Below, one piece after another: positions 55,084-64,000 of a DNA stretch of 64,000 bases. Where the stretch lies: NCBI GenBank assembly GCA_038087875.1, contig JAXLNO010000587.1, positions 1 through 64,000 of the forward strand, given 5' to 3'. The stretch comes from Malacoraja senta. Lineage: Eukaryota. The translations under genes were made by a program, and so were the position numbers. Position 1 is the stretch's first letter; each line of letters begins with the position of its first letter. The notes beneath the pieces are model-generated. The model was not told the DNA's origin, ran no database searches, and was given only the letters and a program-made list of their open reading frames with translations.

Positions 55084-56621
55084 CTGTAGGAGGTTTCCTT
55101 GCCTATGTTTGACTTGAAGCTTCATCGGGTCTGGAGGCAGTGTTGTGCAATTCAGAAGCTGCTCTTTACCACTTGTACACCATTACATGTGAAGACTGGA
55201 GAGTTTTGGTGCCACTACATGTGGTATACATGTGGTAATTCCCCACTGATACATGCTCCCAACATGCATGTACTCAGAGGGAACCTGAGCAACATTGTTC
55301 ACCGCACCTTGGTCCTGAGAACTGAAGTTCCCATCTCTTCCTGTAATCATTCTGGAATGAGGAAGTTGTATCAGGTAATTCAGAAAAAAGAAGCCTCGTG
55401 TTAAAATATATATTGTGTCTCTCTCTTGATTCATGGCCATGGAATTTTCCATATCACTGTACGTGGCAGCATTTTATTTATAAGAATCTATGACAGCAGC
55501 AAAAAGGTCAGACTGTTACCAATGTCTGGATATGGATAAGTTTATTCTTAATGGGTGAAAATATCAGATGCAAAACAATCAAACTTTTAAACTCCCAAAA
55601 TTCCATAATTATGAGATTGGTGTCTTGGAAATTCTTCTGGTGAGGGAAATAGCTGGGTCTTTTAAGCAATTTGAGCATCTTTATTGTGATTCACAATCTT
55701 ACAACCCTGCTGTGAAACCATCACAGGTTTTATAATTAATTAGATTTACCAACAGGGTTTTCATTTTGTGTGCATATTGCGAACATCTGAGGCAAGATGA
55801 GATTGTCAACATGCATTACTTCATGCAAGTTGATTGGCTATTCATATTAAACTTTGAATAATAGTAGAAATGAATTAAAGTACTGTGTTTTTCCACATTT
55901 TGTTTGCCCTCAAGCAATTTTAAATGACCAACTTCTGTTTAATCTTTGTTTCAGTTACTTTCTTGAGCCTGGGGCAAAATGATTTGCTGTGTTGTGCATT
56001 TCAAGTTTGACTATAAACCCGAAACACACGGAACTGCAGATGCTGTTTTACAAGAAAAGTGCTGGAGTAATTCAGATGGATCCCAACCCGAATAGTCACC
56101 TATCCATATTCTCCAGAGATGCTGATTGGTCTGCTGAATTACTCCAGCACTTTGTGTTTTTTTTTAACTTTAATCTCGCCTCGTTATGTTTTGTTATAAC
56201 TGGAATAATATTGTTTCTTCCCAGTTAGGATTTTTGCTGTTATTTGCTGAGTTCCCAAGACTTTTTAAAATTTGGCTCCAAATTCTTTTCCCTGGTTTCC
56301 AAAATTCAAAATCGCAATGAAACTACAAAAGTTTTTTTTTTCCCTGTTTTTTTTCAACTCCATGTAAGAATTCTGGGTTCACTTGACCTTCTGCCAAACT
56401 TGTGTGCTAAAATGGTTTTCACTTCCTAACTAGCCATTAAATGATTGCCCTAATTTGAAGCTTGCACTCTGCACAATCAGGGTTTGGAGCTGCATTCATC
56501 ATTCTTTGTAGAACAGTTTTACTTCTGCAAAAAATGCTCTCCAATTAGTTTGATATGCTAGATATGACCATTATTTTGTATTTAAGAGGTAACACAACCT
56601 TAACACATACCTGCTACTTCC

Positions 56622-58497
56622 AAAGTAAATCCAAAGGGTTTCTACAGCTATATTAATAGCAAAAGGATAACAAGGAATAAAATCGGTCCATTAGAGAGTC
56701 AGAGTGGACAGCTATCTGCAGAGCCAAAAGAGATGGGGGAGATATTGAACAATTTCTTTTCTTCGGTATTCACGAAGGAGAAGGATATGGAATTATGTGA
56801 GGTAAGGGAAACGAGCAGAGTAGCAATGGAAACTCTGAGATTCAAAGAAGAGGAGGTGTGGACACTTTTGAAAAATATGAAAACGGATAAGTCTCCAGGT
56901 CCTGACAGGATATTCCCTAGGACATTGAGGGAAGTTAGTGTAGAAATAGCAGGGGCTATGACAGAAATATTTCAAAAGGCATTAGAAACGGGAATAGTGC
57001 CGGAGGATTGGCGTACTGCGCATGTTGTTCCGTTGTTTAAAAAGGGTTTGAAGAGTAAACCTAGCAATTATAGACCTGTTAGTTTGACGTCAGTGGTGGG
57101 CAAATTAATGGAAAGGATACTTAAAGATAATATATATAAGCATCTGGATAAGCAGGGTCTGATTAGGAACAGTCAACATGGATTTGTGCCTGGAAGGTCA
57201 TGCTTGACTAATTTTCTTGAATTTTTCGAAGAGGTTACTAGGGAAATTGATGAGGGTAAAGCAGTGGATGTTGTCTATATGGACTTCAGTAAGGCCTTTG
57301 ACAAGGTTCCTCATGGAAGGTTGGTTAAGAAGATTCAATTGTTGGGTATTAATGGTGGAGTAGCAAGATGGATTCAACAGTGGCTGAATGGGAGATGCCA
57401 GAGAGTAATGGTGGATGGCTGTTTGTCAGGTTGGAGGCCGGTGACGAGTGGGGTGCCTCAGGGGTCTGTGTTGGGTCCACTGTTGTTTGTCATGTACATC
57501 AATGATCTGGATGAAGGTGTGGAAAATTGGATTAGTAAGTATGCAGATGATACTAAGATAGGTGGTGTTGTGGATAATGAAGTAGATTTTCAAAGTCTAC
57601 AGAGAGATTTAGGCCATTTGGAAGAGTGGGCTGAAAGATGGCAGATGGAGTTTAATGCTGACAAATGTGAGGTGCTACATCTCGGCAGAACAAATCAAAA
57701 TAGGACGTACACGGTAAATGGTAGCGAATTGAGGAATGCAGTTGAACAAAGGGATCTAGGAATAACTGTGCATAGTTCCCTGAAGGTGGAATCTCATGTA
57801 GATAGGGTGGTAAAGAAAGCTTTTGGTGTGCTGGCCTTTATAAATCAGAGCATTGAATATAGAAGTTGGGATGTAATGTTAAAATTGTACAAGGCATTGG
57901 TGAGGCCAATTCTGGAGTATGGAGTACAATTTTGGTCGCCTAATTATAGGAAGGATGTCAACAAAATAGAGAGAGTACAGAGGAGATTTACCAGAATGTT
58001 GCCTGGGTTTCAGCAACTAAGTTACAGAGAAAGGTTGAACAAGTTAGGTCTTTATTCTTTGGAGCGCAGAAGGTTAAGAGGGGACTTGATAGAGGTCTTT
58101 AAAATTATGAGCGGGTTAGACAGAGTGGATGTGGATACGCTTTTCCCATTGAGAGTAGGGAAGATTCAAACAAGGGGACATGACTTGAGAATTAAGGGAC
58201 AGAAGTTTAGGGGGAACATTCGGGGGAACTTCTTTACTCAGAGAGTGGTAGCTGTGTGGAATGAGCTTCCAGTGGAAGTGGTGGAGGCAGGTTCGATGTT
58301 ATCCTTTAAAAATAGATTGGATGGGTATATGGACGGGAAAGGAATGGAGGGCTATGGTCTGAGTGCAGGTAGATGGGACTAGGAGGAAGTATTTATTTTT
58401 AATTAAAAAAAATAAAAAAATGTTAATGTTCGGCACGGACTTGAAGGGCCGAGATGGCCTGTTTCCGTGCTGTTATGGTTATATGGTTATATATGGT
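56622..58497 (+). mobile_element. Young 5'-truncated CR1 LINE with open RT frame
   Basis: ORF 56733-58382 (YADD) is open to the 5' junction; (ATGGTTAT)n tail; TSD TACTTCC at 56615-56621 and 58498-58504. Confidence 0.95.
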
Positions 58498-58644
58498 TAC
58501 TTCCTGGTATAAATATTTGGCCCTCCTGCTTTGACATGCAGAAGAACTCTCCCTCTGCTTTGGTCCATTGCCAATGCTTAGCTATATTCTCAGAAGATCT
58601 CTCCCTGATGTGACATTTTTCTCATGTTTAATACAATGCATTCG

Positions 58645-58922
58645 AGGGCGGTGCTGTGGTAGAGTTGCTGTCTTACAGCGCCAGAGACCCAGGTTCAATC
58701 CAGAGCTTTGTACAGAGTTTGTACACTCACCTGCGACCATGTGAGCTTTCTCCTGTCCTCTGGTTTCCTCCCACAATCCAAAGACATGCAGGGTTGTAGG
58801 TTAATTGGCTTCTGTAAAATTGTCCCTAGGATAGAACCAGTGTATAGTGGAATCACTGGTCCTCGCAGTCTCGGTGGGCCGAATGGACTATTTACAAGCT
58901 GTATCTTTAAAACTAAAACTAA
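58645..58922 (+). mobile_element. tRNA-derived SINE (HE1-like)
   Basis: A/B-box head and CTAAA-like tail. Confidence 0.75.
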
Positions 58923-59631
58923 GCATCATGCTCTCTGTGCTTTTGGAGGTAGTTTTGTGCTATTCTGTTTGCTTATTGCCACAACATTTCCTGAGGCCAA
59001 CAAATGCTGGAGACGTTTGTCTCATCAGTTTTGGATGGAGACGCATATAATTGCTGATGATAGAATCTTGAGTAAAACACAAAATGATGGAGTAACACAG
59101 TGGGTGAGGTAGCATCTGTGGAGGAATTGGATAGGTGACGTTTCGGGTTGGGACCCTTCAGTCGCAAGTTTGGGATAGAATTGTGCAAACCAACACCTAC
59201 TCCCCTCATCAAATTGATTTACAATTAGTCATTGAAAATCTACACTAAGCTAAATAAAACTGAAGAAGGGTTTCGGCCCGAAACGTTGCCTATTTCCTTC
59301 GCTCCATAGATGCTGCCTCACCCGCTGAGTTTCTCCAGCATTTTTGTCTATAGTTATTTTAGTGATTGGGAGTAAATCATTGCTGAATTAAAATACTGTG
59401 CAAGATTTCAATTGGGTTCATAGTAATATGACAAAATATCAATATTTTCCAAACCACCATTCATTTAATGAGTTGTAAATTGTACAACTTCCAGGACAGT
59501 TGTGATAACACACTACTTCTGAACGTTTCCATTATAATTATGAACAAAAAATAAAATTCTACTAATCAATCTAGTTGATATGAATGAATTTATAGGATTC
59601 ATTTTATTAACATTTTTGTTTTCTATTTCAG

Positions 59632-60141
<510 letters not shown>

Positions 60142-60352
60142 TGATGCATTTTTAAAATTATTTTTAAAATGTACAAAATGTAAACATTTACACAAAACTT
60201 GGTACATTTTAATGCTCACAGAAGAACGAGCTGGAAGGGCTTGTGCTTTTGTAGCTTTATGTGATGCTTTAAAATATTCCACAGCTGCATTTAATAGGTG
60301 AGGTGATTTATGCCACATGTTTTCATTTTTCGGCGATCAATTCAAAATCAGA

Positions 60353-61948
60353 CAAGGTACCGTCATAATGTTTGGGACAAAGATCCATCATTTATTTATT
60401 TGCCTCTGTACTCCAAAATGTTAGATTTGTAATAGAAAAAAATCACCTGTGGTTAAAGTGCACATTGTCAGATTTTAATAAAGCCCATTTTTATACATTT
60501 TGGTTTCACCATGTAGAAATTACAGCAGTGTTTATACATAGTCCCCCCATTTCATGGCACCATAATGTTTGAGACAAAGCAATGTCATGTAAATGAAAGT
60601 AGTCATGTTTACTATTTTGTTGCATATCCTTTTCATGCAATGACTGCTTGAAGTCTGCGATTCATGGACATCACCATTTGCTGGGTGTCTTCTCTGGTGA
60701 TGCTCTGCCAGGCTTGTATTACAGCCATCTTTAGCTTATGCTTGTTTTGGGGGCTAGTTCCCTTCAGTTTTCTCTTCAGCATATAAAAGGCATGCTCAAT
60801 TGGGTTCAGATCGGGTGATTGACTTGACACTCAAGAATTTACCATTTTTTAGCTTTGGAAAAACTCCTTTGTTGCTTTAGCAGTATGTTTGGGATCATTG
60901 CCTTACTGTAAAATAAACCACCGGCCAATGCGTTTTCAAGCATTTGTTTGAACTTGAGCAGATAGGATGTGTCTATACACTTCAGAATTCATTATGCTAT
61001 TACCATCAGCAGTTGTATCATCAATGAATATAAGTGAGCCAGTACCGTCAGCAGCCATACATGCCCAGGCTATAACACCCCCACCACTGTGCTTCACAGA
61101 TGAGGTGTTATGCTTTGGATCTTGGGGAGTTTCTTCTCCATACTTTGCTCTTGCCATCACTCTCATGTAAGTTAATCTTCGTCTCATCTGTCCACAAGAC
61201 CTTTTTCCAGAACTGTGGTTGCTCTTTTAAGTACTTCTTGGCAAACTGTAATCTGGCCATCCTATTTTTGCGGCTAACTAGTGGTTTGCATCTTGCAGTG
61301 TAGCCTCTGTATTTCTGTATGAAGTCTTCTGTGGACAGTGGTCATTGACAAATCCACACCTGACTCCTGAAGAGTGTTTCTGATCTGTCGGGCAGGTGTT
61401 TGGGGATTTTTCTTTATTATAGAGAGAATTCTTCTGTCATCAGCTGTGGAGGTCTTCCTTGGCCTGCCAGTCCCTTTGCGATTAGTAAGCTCACCAGTGC
61501 TCTCTTTCTTCTTATGATGTTCCAAACAGTTGATTTTGGTAAGCCTAAGGTTTGGCTGATGTCTCTAACAGTTTTATTCTTGTTTCTCAGTCTCATAATG
61601 GCTTCTTTGTCTTTCATTGGCACAACTTTGGTCCTCATGTTGATAAACAGCAATAAAAGTTCCAAAGGGTGATGGAAAGGCTGGAGGAAAGACTAGGTGT
61701 TGAGAGCTCTCTTATACCTCCATTAAGGAAGTAATTATTATGCACCTGAGCAATTACAAACAACTGTGAAGCCATGTGCCGCAAACATTATGGTGCGCTG
61801 AAATGTATAAAAATGGCCTTTAATAAAATCTGACAATGTGCACTTTAACCACATGTGATTTTTTTTCTATTACAAATCTCAAATTATGGAGTACATAGGC
61901 AAATAAATAAATGATGGGTCTTTGTCACAATCATTATGGAGGGCATTG
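60353..61948 (-). mobile_element. Tc1-family transposon of IR/DR type, near full length, transposase frameshifted
   Basis: Long TIRs of roughly 200-230 bp with internal direct repeat cataatgtttg(g/a)gacaaag; TA at 61949-61950; peptides ISQTLGLPKSTVWNII, GRPRKTS, VKHSGGGVIAWACM and SQSPDLNPIEH. Confidence 0.93.
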
Positions 61949-62562
61949 TATATCAGACTTGAGAAAGATATGGACCATTCAGTCATTTGTTCCTTCTCTG
62001 TCGTTCAAATTTTCAGAGAGATTCCAACTGTGCAAACATATAAATTAAATATAAAATATTATTAGTGCCAAGATCTAAACTGAAGTTATTGCTTAATATG
62101 GCATTGGAAAAATCAGCAATAAGAATATTGCATTCACAAAATAAGTCGAAAATTTGTGTCAAATTAATGATTATTTGTAAAAAAAAAAGGCACAAAGTGC
62201 TGGAGTAACTCAGCAGGTCAGGCAGCAACTCTGGAGAACATGGATAGGTGACATTTCAGGATGGGATCCTTCTTTGCACTGATGAGGGGTCCTGACCCAA
62301 TATGTTACTCCAGCACTTTGTGTCTTTTTAATTGTAAACCAGCAACTGCAGTTCCTTGTTTCTAGTGATTATTCGTTGTTTTTCTTGGTGAAATCTGTAA
62401 CCGTACATACTATAGTGGATCATAGCACCACATCTGTATTTACGCTGTTAAGCGTGTATTGCAAATGCCAGAAATTGATGTTAGTTTTAAATTGATTGCA
62501 GCGAACTCTTAGGATTCAGTTTTGATATAAGATGAGCTGTCTGGAAATCCTGCAGTTAATCA

Positions 62563-63140
62563 AGTTCATAAGTCATAGGAGCAGAATTAGGCCTTTCAAC
62601 TCATCTACTCTGCCATTCGATCATGGCTGATCCTTTTTCCCTTTTCAACCCTCTCCTGCCTTACCCCCCATAAGCTTTGACACCCTTACTAATCTATAAT
62701 CTGTCAATTGCCGCTTTAAAAATACTCAATGACTTGGCCTCATTCGCCGTCTGTGGCAATGAATTCCACAGATTCACCACCTTCTGAAAAAATAAATTCC
62801 TTCTCATCTCCTTTCTAAAGGTATGACCTTTTATTCTGAGGCTGTGCCCTCTGGTCCTAGACTCTCCCACTAGGGTAAACATTTTCTTCACATCTATCTA
62901 GGCCTTCCACTATTCGGTAAGTTTCAATGAGATCCACCATCATCCTTCTAAACTCCAGCGAGTACATGCCCAGTGCCGTCAAACACTCATCATATGTTAA
63001 CCCAATCATCCCCGGGATCATTATTGTAAACCTCTTCTAGATTCTCTCCAACGGTAGCACATCCCTCCTCGGATATGGGACCCAAAACTGCTCGCAATAC
63101 TCCAAATGTGGCCTGACCAATGCCTTATAAAGCCTCAGCA
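62563..63140 (-). mobile_element. CR1 LINE 3' fragment
   Basis: SRTRGHSLRIKG...VVNLWNSLP on the minus strand. Confidence 0.85.
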
Positions 63141-63351
63141 TGTTTCTATGGAAAACTGGGCAGACTTCTGTCTTGAGTCAACTTGAGATTCAACATATTC
63201 ACTTCATGACTGTAAAACCTCTAACAGTACCTTGCAGCATTTTACAAATGTGCTTAAAAATTCATAAACAAAATACATTTGTTTATATTTCATAATAGAT
63301 GATGCACGAGAGTGATGTGTGATTACTCCTGGGCATATCTGATCATACTAA

Positions 63352-63589
63352 AGGGCCTGTCCAACTTGCCGATTTTTTTCGGCGACTGCCGGCATCATTG
63401 GGTAACGTATTAGGTCACCGAAAAAGTCGCGGCGTGATGACGTAATGAAGCGCGGTGTCTCCTCAAGTGTCGCAATATTTTTTTTGTCGCCGGTGGATTT
63501 TGAAATGTTCAAAATCTTTGTGGCGACCCTGATACGTCAGTCAATGACGCCAGCAGTCGGCGAAAAAATCGCCACGTGGAACAGGCCCT
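63352..63589. mobile_element. Harbinger-type MITE, 238 bp, TSD TAA
   Basis: Imperfect TIRs of about 50 bp starting AGGGCCTGT; TAA at 63349-63351 and 63590-63592. Confidence 0.88.
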
Positions 63590-64000
63590 TAACTAAATGC
63601 TATATCAAACTACCATGCAGATTTTTAGTACTATCTGCATGGTATTTTGATATAGCATTTAGTTATGATTGTGTGTTTATTTCCTCCGTGTAAGCCAGAC
63701 TAATTTAACATGGAGCCATAAGACTGATAAACTAACCCTGTTAATGAATGTTAATTCACATTTAACATTTTAAATGTGAAGCAATAAAAGAAAAAGTGAC
63801 ATAATTCCCAAACTAGTTGAAGTATGGGTTGTGGTTATTGTAATTATAACAAGGTTAATGAATAATTTGCTGCTGTCCAAAATGGGATGGATGGAGCCAA
63901 GATTTATAAAGGCCTGCATGTTTTTGTGATTGGTACTTGGGAATTAAATGACACTCTTTTCCACTTTGCATAACTCCTCACATTCGTAGCATTATATGAT

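Noticed and set aside
60347..61958. ATCAGAC on both sides of the Tc1 as a long TSD
   Set aside because: Tc1 elements duplicate TA and the left end is degenerate, so this is probably chance.

Overview
Vertebrate genomic DNA, most likely from a cartilaginous fish (skate/ray-like), judged from the repeat families present: CR1 LINEs, tRNA-headed SINEs with CR1-type tails, Rex1/Babar, Penelope-derived short repeats, L1, Tc1 and Harbinger. Most of the window is upstream or intronic sequence of one host gene. Its first coding exon ([40 protein letters not shown], 59992-60110, +) matches my recollection of the SYTL5 N-terminus and is absent from the ORF track. Every long ORF in the track is a retroelement ORF2, a Tc1 fragment or a microsatellite artefact. 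Less expected observations: (i) a TIR transposon with a 7-bp TSD (24969-27815) carrying a decayed two-exon gene that ends in a Spindlin/Tudor-like domain; (ii) hammerhead-ribozyme-like cores in Penelope-derived repeats that insert as palindromes; (iii) a 3.3-kb Harbinger-type element carrying CpG-rich cargo and a 1.2-kb perfect (GACA)n; (iv) a 1.1-kb TIR element with an ATAA TSD and an internal 106-bp inverted repeat; (v) a snap-back CR1 insertion into its own family; (vi) a duplicated piece of the uORF-rich SYTL5 5'UTR. Boundaries of old repeat fragments are approximate and family names were assigned by eye, without database searches.
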